A DNA stretch of 57,186 nucleotides, the filler included, from Sphacelaria rigidula (Eukaryota), in NCBI GenBank assembly GCA_964200075.2. It is 6 parts of 6 records of this genome, joined end to end, with 100 filler letters (N's around TTAATTAATTAA, not from the genome) between each part and the next. Parts side by side here need not be neighbours in the genome. Positions count along the whole stretch, not along the records: positions 19,097 to 28,544 come from CAXNAA020008473.1; positions 28,645 to 38,092 come from CAXNAA020008474.1; 4 more parts are not named here. The stretch is one strand, 5' to 3'. The notes under the pieces were generated by a model that was given only the letters and a program-made list of their open reading frames with translations, did no database searches and was not told the origin of the DNA. Each line of letters starts with the position of its first letter. Within the stretch, counting starts at the first letter, position 1. The translations under genes and the position numbers were made by a program. This document shows, one piece after another, positions 24,101-34,683 of the stretch.

Positions 24101-27100
24101 CCGCCTGAACTCGATCTTCTTCCCGGAGAACGACTCCGAGACCTCTCGGCTCTCGGAGAGACCCGTGGAGATGATGAGGAGGGTGACGATAGCAGCGACG
24201 GTGAAAACAGCGATGAAAGCAGCGGCGACGGCGCTGTTTGCATGGCTACGGGTGTTGGCACAGCAGCCGCAGTAGTGGGGCCGGACGCTGGTAGAGCTGT
24301 TAGTGCTTCAGATGCGACGGTTGGGCGTGGACATCGAAAGGCAAATAATGTCGGTGGTGGTGGTGGCGGCGGCGGCGGCGGTGATTCGAACATCACCAAC
24401 GACAGCTTTGAAGATGGAATCTCTGATGAAGGGGATGGGGAAGGGGGCATGTGGGATTCGCGACTGGATGCCATGACCCGCGCGGCCTGGCTTGGCTCGA
24501 AGCAAGCGACCTGCCGTGCCTTGAACTCGAACGCATCCACCTTGTCCGCCGCATCATCCGGAAAAGTTGGGTTGCCTTCTTCATTGGTGGCGACGGGGTC
24601 CGCCCTCCCAACCGGCATAGCCGGCGATGGTGCGATTGCTGCCGCCACCGATGCGAGTACCCCAGCCTCGACTGGCAGGGTGATGACGGCTGAATCCGGT
24701 GCCGACGTCCCTGCCGAAGACATTCGCCGACCGTTCAGTAGCAGCCGCTGCGCTGCTGGCCCCAGCAAGCCCCCAGAGATCCCGCCTCGAATAGGCAGCC
24801 CAGCGTCAAGCGGCGCTGGTGCTACCGTCGCCGCCGCAGGTTCCACTTCCGGGATCGAAAGTTCCACACCCACGGAGCCTGGTAGTGGCGTCGGTGGTTC
24901 ATCGGCCGATATTGGACATCCGAAGCCGGGGGCGGCAGAGGCAGCTGACTATCGGATCAGCCGTGGCGTTGTGTCGGCGGACCGTGGTGTTGACGGGAGG
25001 ATGGGAGAGGGGCGAGCGGCGGCAGGAGCAAAGGGGAGACGTAGCGTCGGCAGCACCAGCGGTGGTGGCGGCGGTGGGAGTATTCATGGCAACGATCGAG
25101 TGGCCGGGAGCGGGTTTTTGTACAGAGTTGTTGTCGACGGTCTCAACATTCTCATTACGCTGAAGCTGAGGTAAGGCAGGAGGGAGTGAAGCCGTGAGGG
25201 ATTTTTGGTTCTAATGCACGGGTGGCGTGTGTTTTTTTTTTTTGCCGTCTGATCGCGAGGGACGTTGGGCGATAGTTCTGCAACCCCAGTGGTGTAGTGG
25301 TGCCCCGGTGGTATGATGCTGCAACTGACAGAATCGGGTTTCGAAAATATGTAGGTTCGATTTCCGCAAGATGCGTTTACTTTTTCTGTGAAACATATGA
25401 TTTCCCTCGTTGAAAGCATACGGACGTGAGTAGGAAGGGTAGTGTAGCGAGAGTCGACACGGTGGGGGAGTGCTGATGGTTATGATTCAATCCGCGATAT
25501 CAAAGTTCAAGACGTGTACTGTACCGGGGAAGAGATGGATTGACCTCTTGAGATCACGGACTCGTCCCGACGAGGGAGGGGAGAGGTTAGAAATGCGACA
25601 AAACAAACAAGCAATCAAACAAGCAATCAAACAAACTACGTTTGTTTGTTTTTTGCAGTGTTATGGGTGCAAAGTTGCTGCACCTATCATTCCGGCCCGT
25701 ATCAAGAACTTGGGAGCGTTAGGTGCCGGGTTACGGGTTGTCGTCGCGTACACATCACCTCATTTCCGTTTCTCTCCAAGGCATTACGTATGCAGGGGGC
25801 AACGGTTCGTTTCACACACCTCCGCTTCCTCGGAATGAGTCCACGGGCGTGAAAGGACTTACCCACCTCTTCCCCGGTACACGCCTTGCATGTTGGTGAC
25901 GCGGATTGGATCAGCGCTCACCTACCACGTCGACTCTCGTCACTTTTTGTTTGCTTGCTATTTTTTTTCTTCTGGGGCAGAAATCACGCACCTTTTTTGG
26001 AAAAACAAAACAAAACAAAACGAAGGTATCTTCCGGGAATCAAACCCTTATTCTTGCGGCGTAATCGGTGTCGGTTGCACCAATCAGATCGCCGGCGCGC
26101 GACGGTGTACGTGATACGCTGTGGAAAACAATGTCCACTTATTGTGGCATGTTGTTGCTGTCGCGTCACACCCGATTGTTCACTTTGATTTTTTTTTTGT
26201 GTGTCTCACACAGTGGTTGTACGGTTTATATCCGAAATACTTCACAGGTTATCAGCATATATATTTGAGGTTTGTTGTATTTTGCGGGGTGACTGCCCGG
26301 AGAGGGGGCAGAGGCGCCTCATAACTTCGTCATACACACGCATACAGTTTCGTGGTCCTATGGTTTGCAACCACGACAACAGTGTGTGTATGTGTGTGTG
26401 TGTAAAATAACTCCCTTGTGACTGACCGTCTCAAGAGCGCTCCCTGCCGTATGATCGGTTTCATGGTGATGTAAATGGTGAATTCGTACGATAGGTGCAG
26501 CTTTCGAAACTGATCGACTGCCTACTGACCTCAGCATTTGATGGACCCCTTAGGAGTCGGTACGGACCTTAGGAGTCGGTACCTGCCAAGATGGTGCTAT
26601 TGTTTAAAATTGACGTTCAAATTATTCTACTTTTGACGTAGAGTTGTGCAGCTTACCATCGCAGGAACACTCGTGCGTCGCACGGCACCGGCATCATGGA
26701 ACAATCCGTATCAACGACTAGGTGATAGAGGCATCTCTCTGGTAACAGGAACTCCGGCGTCAAAAGGGAAAGGGCTTTTCTTGTCCAAATCAAAGATATC
26801 GTTTGCAACAGTATAGTCGAGTGATGCTACGGTAGGGGTACACAAATATTTTCTGAGGTTGGAATTGTTGGGAGCCCTTTATCTCATCCAAAACACGACT
26901 TACGGAAATATGCGAGAGTACGCCAGGAGTACTATTCCAATGTGCTGGGGATATCCCGAATAAATCTGCAAACGAGGATGCCCTGTCCCGTATTCTTGTG
27001 CGTCTAGAATCGTGAAGAGCCCCTGAACCAGACAAAATTCCGCGAAAAAAGTGCACCCCTACCGTAGCATTGCTCAGGTAGCAACTTCACCCTGTGATAC

Positions 27101-28008
27101 GTCGCTGCAATTGCAAGCCTGGTCCGGCGAAAACCCGGCGTGATGCGTCCCGGCTTGCTAGGGATGCAAGGTCAGCGGTCCTATGACTTCGGCATGCAAG
27201 ATCATGAGTATCCCCCCCCCCCCCAAGTAGATGCATGGAGAAGCACAGTGTTCTCTGCCTCCAACATTCTTCTTGGATTCGTGACATTCACTTGGGCTGT
27301 TCAAAAAACGCTGCTGGTCTTCGTTCACCTCCACCGCGCAGAGATAGCCTCCTTCTTTTGGCGCAGAGTGGCCTTGACGTTGCCATGGCAGCGCTACCGG
27401 AGCTTTCCAAGCCGTCGAAGGCATTACTAGCTAAGGTGCGGATGCGTTACCTTCTGCGACGGTGGCAATCAGGGTTGCCATCATCACATTCTCGGAAAAG
27501 ATCGCCCGGTGTCTCGCGCGATCCCGCCTGCCCATCATATCGATCAGACAGCGCCCGACGACTAGATGTTTTGATGGCGTAGTCATCACAGTCGTTTTTG
27601 AACAAAATCGACAGTACAACGCTTTCGAGACGCGAAAACGTTTTCCCGGTTGCCTTCTGCTGCTGCTGCTTCATCTTGTGTGTGTGTGTGTGTGTGTTTT
27701 TCAGCATGCGTTTTGTGCTGGAGTTTGTCACGATTTTTTACATCGTGTGGTGCCGTCGTCTGTTTTGTGTACGCATTTGTTGTGTACCTGTATTATTTTG
27801 TTGCAATGAGGAAATGGGTGCCCTTGCGTGTGTGGATGTTGGACTTGCAGCCGTCGCACTTATTGCTCGCTTGCGCTTGCTTCGTTTCTGCTCCCTGTGT
27901 ATACGTGGCCGTGAACTTTTGACTTTCTGCATTCAGGAACTAGAAGGAGAGATTCGCGGAGAAGTGAACAGACGGACGTCGCTGGACCTCAAGCAATTTA
28001 TCGATAAG
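21191..28008 (+). CDS. Internal exons of a large protein, tentatively bridge-like lipid transfer protein BLTP2/FMP27/SABRE-like; exons 21191-21369 (less certain), 23518-25170, 27342-27435, 27937-28008
   Basis: A 1.65-kb open Gly/Ser/Ala-rich exon ends FLYRVVVDGLNILITLKL-AG|gtaagg. It splices in phase to cag|A-GAT (R-DSLLLLAQSGLD...LLAK|gt), then phase 0 to ELEGEIRGEVNRRTSLDLKQFIDK|gt. The product call rests on my recollection of a similar family motif and is weak; the exon chain is better supported. Confidence 0.55.
22532..23055. mobile_element. Intronic TIR element (~43-bp imperfect inverted repeats, internal repeats of the TIR motif)
   Basis: gacgtcacaatgaccactgagctactgagtcagcgctgactac is inverted at gtagtcaacggtgactgagtagctcagtggttattgtgacatc. 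A similar motif recurs at 22871-22927. No clear TSD. Confidence 0.6.
25300..25635 (+). mobile_element. Intronic tRNA-derived SINE (family B, shorter form)
   Basis: Head gccccggtggt...ggttcgatt (B-box 25354-25362). The 3' end matches 3833-3990 and it has a (CAAA/CAAT) tail. Confidence 0.65.
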
Positions 28009-28544
28009 GTCAGTGGCTACATGTTCCTCTGGTGCGAATGAAGGGGAGTCATCTGCATTCGGAGCAGTTCACTGAGTAGCAAGGCAGTGTTCGGTACGGA
28101 GACAGGATGTGGTGTGTCTAATTTCCGGTCTGAAAAATCCACCAGTTGTGTGTGTTTTGGGTCAAACACTCCGAGTTTTGTTCGTGTCCGGGAAGAAAAA
28201 AATGAAAAAAAGGCGGTCTTATTCGCCGCAGCTCTTGGCCGCGTTCGATCATCAAACCGACCGGGTGTTGAGACCATAGTACCACGTACCTCGTAACGCG
28301 TGTCTATGTAAAAGGAACACCTGGGTAGCATGGGGGCGGGATTTCACTCTATGCTTGATTGCATCAGCGGCAGGTGCGATCATAGAGTGCTCATGTGTCA
28401 TAGAGCACGCATTTGGTCGTAGTAAAAGAAGCATCATGCAGATTTGTCGTGGCGAAGGGAGCCCCCCCCCCCCCCCCCCCCCCCCACCCCCCCCGCGCAC
28501 AACAGCAACGAACCCACAAAACATGAAAAGATACATAAGGGAGA

Positions 28545-28644
28545 NNNNNNNNNNNNNNNNNNNNNNNNNNNNNNNNNNNNNNNNNNNNTTAATTAATTAA
28601 NNNNNNNNNNNNNNNNNNNNNNNNNNNNNNNNNNNNNNNNNNNN
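28545..28644. other. Artificial contig spacer
   Basis: N44-TTAATTAATTAA-N44. Confidence 0.98.
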
Positions 28645-29094
28645 CGTCATCATATTCCCGAATCAGCCGAAGAATGCCAAACTGTCTAGGGCGTGCTAAG
28701 TGTAATGCGTGAGAGGACCGCGTGCTTAGAGGACCGCATCGGAGTGTGAATATCCCTATGGTTAGGTTTAGGTTTAGGGTTAGGGTTAGTGTCGGGGTTA
28801 TGGTCAGGGGCGTAGTACCTGCAGGGACTGGCCGGATTGGTTTTGAAAAAGGTCGATCCTGAGGTGTTTTGACCTACGGCGCGGTCCTCTAAGCACGCGG
28901 TCCTCTGACGCATTACACTAAGGACCCACGATACTCTAACCCTAACCCTAACCCCAACCCTAACCTGTATCGCGTGCCCACAAGCAAGAGACACCTGTAT
29001 CGTATGCCCATGAGCCAGAGACACACGTATCGTGGGTCCTTAGCACGCCCTAGACAGTTTTGCATTCTTCGGCTGATTCGGGAATATGTTGACG
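28645..29094. mobile_element. TIR element with internal (CCCTAA)n tract, whose left arm is interrupted by the telomere-repeat MITE
   Basis: After removing 28701-28922, the left arm cgtcatcatattcccgaatcagccgaagaatgc.aaactgtctagggcgtgctaaggacccacgatac is the reverse complement of 29027-29094. ctaaccctaaccctaacc runs from 28936 to 28965. Confidence 0.75.
28701..28917. mobile_element. Telomere-repeat-carrying MITE, copy 1 (TGT...ACA, 37-bp TIR, 5-bp TSD CTAAG)
   Basis: TIR tgtaatgcgtgagaggaccgcgtgcttagaggaccgc matches 36/37. CTAAG lies at 28696-28700 and 28918-28922. Internal ggttaggtttaggtttagggttagggttag. Confidence 0.88.
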
Positions 29095-29140
29095 ATACGT
29101 GTATCGCTTCTCCGTCGCTAGAGGTAGATGCCAATAATCA

Positions 29141-29400
29141 GAGGCGCTTGCCCGTATCCAGGTGCGCTTCCCCCTACCCAGGTGCGCTTCCCCCTACCCA
29201 GGTGCGCTTCCCCCTACCCAGGTGTGCTTCCCCTTACCCAGGTGCGCTTCCCAATAGTCAGGGGCGCTTCCCCATAGTCAGGTGCGCTTCCCCATAGTCA
29301 GGGGCGCTTCCCCTTACCCAGGTGCGCTTCGCCATAGTCAGGGGCGCTTCCCCATAGTCAGGGGCGCTTGCCCTTAATCCGGACCGCTTGCCCTTAAGCG
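29141..29400 (+). repeat. 20-bp minisatellite, ~13 units (ggtgcgcttccccctaccca / ggggcgcttccccatagtca)
   Basis: Exact 20-nt periodicity is visible, with two unit variants and degenerate ends. Confidence 0.92.
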
Positions 29401-29584
29401 AAAAGTTGCCCTTAACCGGGCGTTGCCCTTAACCTGCAACAGGTCCTCTCACTCATTACAGTCGGCCGTGTTTCAAGTGTGCATATCGTTCAAGTCGTGA
29501 AATGCACACAGGTCAGGCAAATTAGATCTTGACCTGTCCCCTACAGTGAACACCTTTCTTTTATTTGGATAATACGTACGGTGT

Positions 29585-30111
29585 CGAGCTGGGCCAACCG
29601 TAAACCTTACAAACTCACAGCACACAATTCTCAGGTTTCCCGAACCAGCCCGATTGAAGCATGTCGCTGTAAACTGCATACCAACCTGGTTGTGCATGGT
29701 TCCACCGCTGGTCGAGTGGCGCAGTTTTGGCGATGACGTCGTTGTGCTGCCTTGAGTACCGGGTGCGTCTTACTTCGTGGCGTGAGAGCGTGTTTTGAGG
29801 AGGTGTCGTGCCAAATTGTTTTCGACTTCAGGCCCATTATTATCGACACTGTTATGTCGTAGATCCCTGAATGAAATGTTTGACGTTTGTAGACCCGGCG
29901 TTCAGCAATCTTCGGAAATGAAACTGTTTGAGTATTTCTCCAAAGCTTCACGTTAGGATGAGTTTTTCCCCGAAGCTTCACGTTAGGAGAAGTTTGAACA
30001 CTTCGGACTGCAGCGCAACACATCGCAGTGCGGCCCTGCGAGCACACCGTGGCGCTCCCAACCACGCGAGAGTCATCAGGAACCATGCTAGTGATATCTT
30101 GGGCCATTTCG
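29585..30111. mobile_element. Diverged relative of the CGAGCTGGGCCA mariner-type MITE
   Basis: Starts cgagctgggcca; the first ~120 bp align with 17669 and 20472. The degenerate right end is gggccatttcg|TA. Confidence 0.5.
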
Positions 30112-30250
30112 TAAGGTAAAAAGCACTGTGGATTGGCGGTGTCCGTCCATCTTCTTACATGGTGTGTGCGTCGGCAGCGATGGTGCTGCTGCTGGGGTCA
30201 AGCACGGTGATCGCCGTGTGCGGACGCACTTTCGAAGTAAAGAAACACGC

Positions 30251-30683
30251 GATCTTACAAATTGGGGATGGATCTTTTACTGGGGATGAGAAACCCGGAG
30301 GATTAAAATCTTCGTATCCACACGAAATCTTCGAAATATGGTTCCATTTCTTCACCTACTGATAGCTATTGACAACTGCTACACGCTGTACAAATTAGGA
30401 TTTCGATCACCGATATGTTGGAGTCCTAGGTGAAAACCAGTGTTGGGGAATTTCAGGTGTCCGAACGGACGCCAAAATGGTTCCGAAATTGGTTTTTCAC
30501 CCAAGACCCCAACATTCCGGTGATCGAACTCCAAATTTCTATGGCGTGTAGCAGTTGTCAATAACTATCAGTAGGTGAAGAAATGTCACCATATTTCGAA
30601 AATTTCGTGTAGATACGAAGATTTTAATCCTCCGGGTTTCTCATCCCCAATAAATAAATGATCCATTCCCAATTTGTAAGATC
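30251..30683. mobile_element. Foldback MITE with ~190-bp inverted arms; related sequence at 39458-39742
   Basis: gatcttacaaattggg...ggaggattaaaatcttcgtatc...ttcacctactgatag is inverted at 30490-30683. The same arm sequence appears at 39498-39670. Confidence 0.8.
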
Positions 30684-30981
30684 CCCTGTTAAGAGCAGAA
30701 ATAATCAAGTAGCTACCTACTTGCCCGCTGTGCTGCTACGAGTGTACGCTACCGCATCGTCTGTAACGTCGGTAGCTGGTGGTATAGTGGGTGTATCTGC
30801 GCATACAACTGACAGAAAGCGAGCATGCTGCAATCTTTGCGCAAAGCAATCTACCTACAGTCAGTCGACATTTTTATTTGTGTGAAAACATTGTCTTTTT
30901 TTTGTAACCCATCGAAATACAGTTTGACAGTAATTTCTCAAAAATTGGTGATCATGGGTTAAGATTAATTAATGCGCGTAA

Positions 30982-31348
30982 GTGTGTGTTGTGTGTGTGT
31001 TGTCTTCCCTTCCATTCTGGACGCCTGTCTACACCTTTCGGTATATCTGGGCGCATCAGCCGGGGTCACACAGGAGGAAGGTCAACACAGGAGTTTTTTG
31101 TTTGTTTGTTTGTTTTTAGTACTTCATCTTCCTTCTGCGGCGCTTGCCTTTCTTTTTCATCGCGGGAGGGGTTCAGCAGTCAGCCCCTTTCCCTCGTCGA
31201 CCGTTAAGTCGAATTTTGTGTACCCACGACATATTCGCTCTCCACTGTTGGGCATGGTGTGGGAAAAAATCCCAGATCGCTCCGAGAATTGAACCCACGA
31301 CCCAACTGCCAGGAGGTTTCGAGGTTACCAACTGAGCCACCGGGGCGA
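30982..31348 (-). mobile_element. tRNA-derived SINE (family A) with (CA)n tail
   Basis: Minus-strand head gccccggtggctcagttggt (A-box) ... gggttcaattctc (B-box). Colinear with 52533-52898. Confidence 0.82.
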
Positions 31349-31721
31349 TCGGCTGAAGACCGGCGCAAGTACGCACAATATTTCTGGGAATGTTGCCATT
31401 TTTCTTCCTTGTCCCGGAGTTGTGACATTTTTCCCGTTATTACTAAAATTTCGGATCGCTCGAACTTTCTATTTTTCTTTTTTTTGGCAACCCGAGAAAT
31501 TTCGTCGAGTTGATGATAAACCCTTCGTGTCGTAATTTCAGCGCCTTATTCCTCCAATTGAGTGCCACGTCACCAGACTGCAGACAAGAAACAATATCAT
31601 CTGGCCCGGCTCGTACACGATTCCGATCCATCATGCCGATCACCGCTCCGCCAAATACACAGTCACACACACGCACACCCTTCGATTGCGTCTTTTAACC
31701 ATGCCCTCATACACAGGCTAG

Positions 31722-32765
31722 TGCGACTGCGACACAGGACGGGAACAGCAGGAGCAGCAGGAGCAACGCCAGCCGCAGCAGCAACGGCAAGGACGACAGC
31801 ACTACCGCACCCATCGCCACCAACACCGACAACAGTAGCAGCGGCAACAAAATCAATGGCAGCAGCAGCAGCAACACCAACAGCACCAACAACACCAGCA
31901 CCAACAACACCAACACCAACAACACCGACGCCAACGCCAACGCCAACGCCAACGCCAACACGAACAACAGCAGCAACACGCGGAGGATCACCCGTGTCAA
32001 TCCAACCAAGAAGAACATGGAGTGGCCCGGCGACATGGCCGTGACGGACCGAGCCAAGCCCAAGCGAAAGCTCGTCAAGAAGCGCCCGACTATCACGAAG
32101 AAGACATCGACGCCCGCTACTACAAAAATTCCACTCCTTCGATCGCCAACAAGGGCAAGAAGAAGGCGCAGAATACCTCTCCCATGGCAACCGATAAGGT
32201 CAGTGGCGCGGGCGCTGGCACTAGCTCGTCATCATCGCCCCCAACCGCCTCCGCTATCGCCGCCGCTACCACCGTCGGTCGCAAAGTGACAGGAAGAGGC
32301 GCAGGCGGTATCCGTAAGCCTCGCTCAGGAACCAGCTACAGCAGCAAGCCAACCGTTCACAAGAGCGTTGCTGGTAAGCTCGTCGCTAAGAAGGGCTCGG
32401 CGGCGAAGAAGAAGAAGAAGCCGGCAGCCCCCAAGGCGCGAAAGAAGGCCTCGTTTCCCGCTCCTCCTCCTTCGGTGCAATAAGCGGTAGAAACGGGAGG
32501 AAGGGGAGGTGAGGTGGCGGCGGGTGGGGCGGCGGCGGCGGCGGCGGCGGTGGCGGTTGGAGTGGGCGCGGAGGTGGGAGGGAACGTGGGTGACGGAATG
32601 GGTAACGTGGCATATCTCATTGGCCTGCTGGCGGACGTTGATGAGGAGGTTGATTGCGTGGAGAGCTCGATGCAGCTGCGCGAGGGTGTGGTGGCCGCGG
32701 CGACTTTCTCGTTGGGGTTGTTGGTGGACGTGGCGTTGGGACACACGAGCGGGGCGGGAGTATGA
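31722..32765 (+). pseudogene. Degraded low-complexity reading frame (Gln-rich, then Lys/Ala-rich, then Gly/Ala-rich)
   Basis: One frame (position mod 3 = 0) is open from 31722 to 32765 apart from TAG at 31836 inside a CAG/CAA run and TAA at 32481. No recognisable domain. Confidence 0.35.
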
Positions 32766-33296
32766 GTGGGGTGACGACGGCGGCCTGCGTCATCGTGTTT
32801 GATCACGTAGAGCGAATAAGACGAGGATGTGGAGACGACGCTCGGGAGATGGACCCAGTACGTAAGATCTTGGCTACTGGGGAAGCGGGAAGGATGTGAA
32901 AGACTAGGCGATGGAAGAAGGCGGTCGGCTCGAGGTCCGGTTGGGAGATTGGGGAGGGAGAGCGGTGTGAGGGTTGTGGCACGCGATGCCGGATGGAGAT
33001 CGGATCACTCTCAGTGGGGAAGGAATCAACTAGGAAGAAAGTGACGTGTTCGAAGGCGACGCGGCAGGGACGTCAACGGTAGTGGCGAGGAATATGCGGT
33101 GGAGTGCAAAGCGTTGCAGGGATAACAGGGAGAGGCGGTGACGGCTGTCGTGGCGACCGTGGCGGTGGTGGTGGTACGTGTGGCGACGTGAGAGAGTGTA
33201 TTGGGGGTCTGGAAGAGACATGATTAGACACCTGTAGGAGATACTGCTGGGTGGGGGTGTGGAGGGGGCGACTGGGGTGAAGAGGTGTGGGTGTCA

Positions 33297-34210
33297 GGCG
33301 ATGAGGGTAGCAGATGGGCACAGCGGACTAGGAATGGTGTCGATCAAGGAGGCAGGGCAATACTTAGACGACGGAAAAAAGGAACGTCCATAAACCGGCG
33401 GACTGGAGGTATTCGTCAAGAAACATACCCGCAACCGATGTTGAGTAGGCCGGAGCTCAAGTTGCTGTCGGAGTATACCGCAGGTTGTGATGCAGGGAAG
33501 GAACAAAAAGAGGCGGATCATCCTTCATCTGGCCGCGCTTTTGTTACAGTACCGCCGGGGAAAGGAGAACATAGTGGGCCGAGCGAGGGTTAATTCAGCG
33601 GCAGCGTGCCTGCTTGTCGACGATGCAACAGTGTCGAGCGGAAACTAGCAATAGCTACGTGAGTACCGGCTTGCACATACGAACAACAGCGGAGGGCAAC
33701 TACGGCCAAATTGGCGGCGCTCGTCTATTTGACATGTGCGGCGTTAGGCGAGCGGTGAAGGTAGCAGATGAGCACAGCGGACCAGGAATGTAGTCGATCA
33801 AGATGACCGGGAAAAGTACCTAAACGAAGGCAAACGAAACGTCAATAGGCCGGCGGAGTTGAGAAGTTCTCCCGTGATTATACCCCAAACGATGTTGAGT
33901 AGGGCGGAGCGCGAGGTACTCTAGAAATTACGACAGGTTGTGCGGCATGGAAAGAACAGCAAAGGTAGATCATTTTCGATCTGACCGCGCTTTTTTACTG
34001 TACCGCTAGAGAATGGAAGAAAGATGAGCCGAGCAAGAGGTGAATCAGCGGCATCATGGCTGCTGGTCGATAGTGCAAGAGTGCCGAGCGAAAGCTTGAG
34101 ACGGCTACATGAATATCGACTTGCACATATGAACACCAGCGAAGAGCAACTGCGGTCATGACTGCGACGGGCGTCTACCTATGGGACATGTGCGGCATTG
34201 ACTGCGGTTA
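33297..34210 (+). repeat. Tandem duplication of a ~455-bp unit
   Basis: ggtagcagatg.gcacagcggac.aggaatg..gtcgatcaag, cgatgttgagtagg.cggagc and gacatgtgcggc are each repeated at ~450-bp spacing. Confidence 0.8.
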
Positions 34211-34473
34211 GGGGATATCAGGACGATGAGGCAGATGCCGAAAAGCTGCAGCGTCACAGCCGCTGCAGCCACCAGTGGCATCACAGTACCATATACTAGG
34301 GTACATACCGGCATGATGACGATGGGTCAAGGCGCGCAGGAGGCGGCGAGCGACGGAGGGCAGCCCGCGTGTCACAGGTGACAGCGAAGAGCAATAAGCA
34401 ACGCGAACCAGGAACGTAGTCGGTCGAATTTCAGCATGAAGAGAATAAAGTCGAACGCAACACAACGGGAAAG

Positions 34474-34683
34474 TGTCATGCATGAGAGGACCGCGTGCTT
34501 AAAGGACCGCATCGGAATTTGAACATCCCTACGGTTAGGGTTAGGATCAGGGTTAGTGTTAGTGTTATAGTCAGGGGCGTGGTACCTGCAGGGACTGGCC
34601 CGATTGGTTTTGAAAACGTCGATCCTGAGGTGTTTTGAACTACGACATGGTCCTCTAAGCACGTGGTCCTCTCACGCATTACA
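34474..34683. mobile_element. Telomere-repeat-carrying MITE, copy 2 (4-bp TSD AAAG)
   Basis: aaag|tgtcatgcatgagaggaccgcgtgctt...ggttagggttaggatcagggttag...ggtcctctcacgcattaca|aaag. Confidence 0.85.

Noticed and set aside
23860-24873. 337-aa minus-strand ORF
   Set aside because: It is the antisense shadow of the GC-rich plus-strand exon, which has the supported splice sites.
28760-28965. A true chromosome end
   Set aside because: The tracts are short, degenerate, in both orientations and enclosed by TIRs.
29141-29400. CRISPR-like array
   Set aside because: The units are head-to-tail 20-mers with no unique spacers and there are no cas genes. The same applies to 48832-49232, 51665-52030 and 37780-37903.
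31270-31348. Functional tRNA genes at SINE heads (also 52825-52898, 25300-25370, 53295-53365)
   Set aside because: A and B boxes are present but the cloverleaves are defective, and each head is attached to a shared body and simple-repeat tail.
31836-32483. TAA/TAG-to-Gln genetic code reassignment
   Set aside because: The conserved RF3, DUF4470 and ferric-reductase exons contain no in-frame TAA/TAG. Point mutation or non-coding status is simpler.
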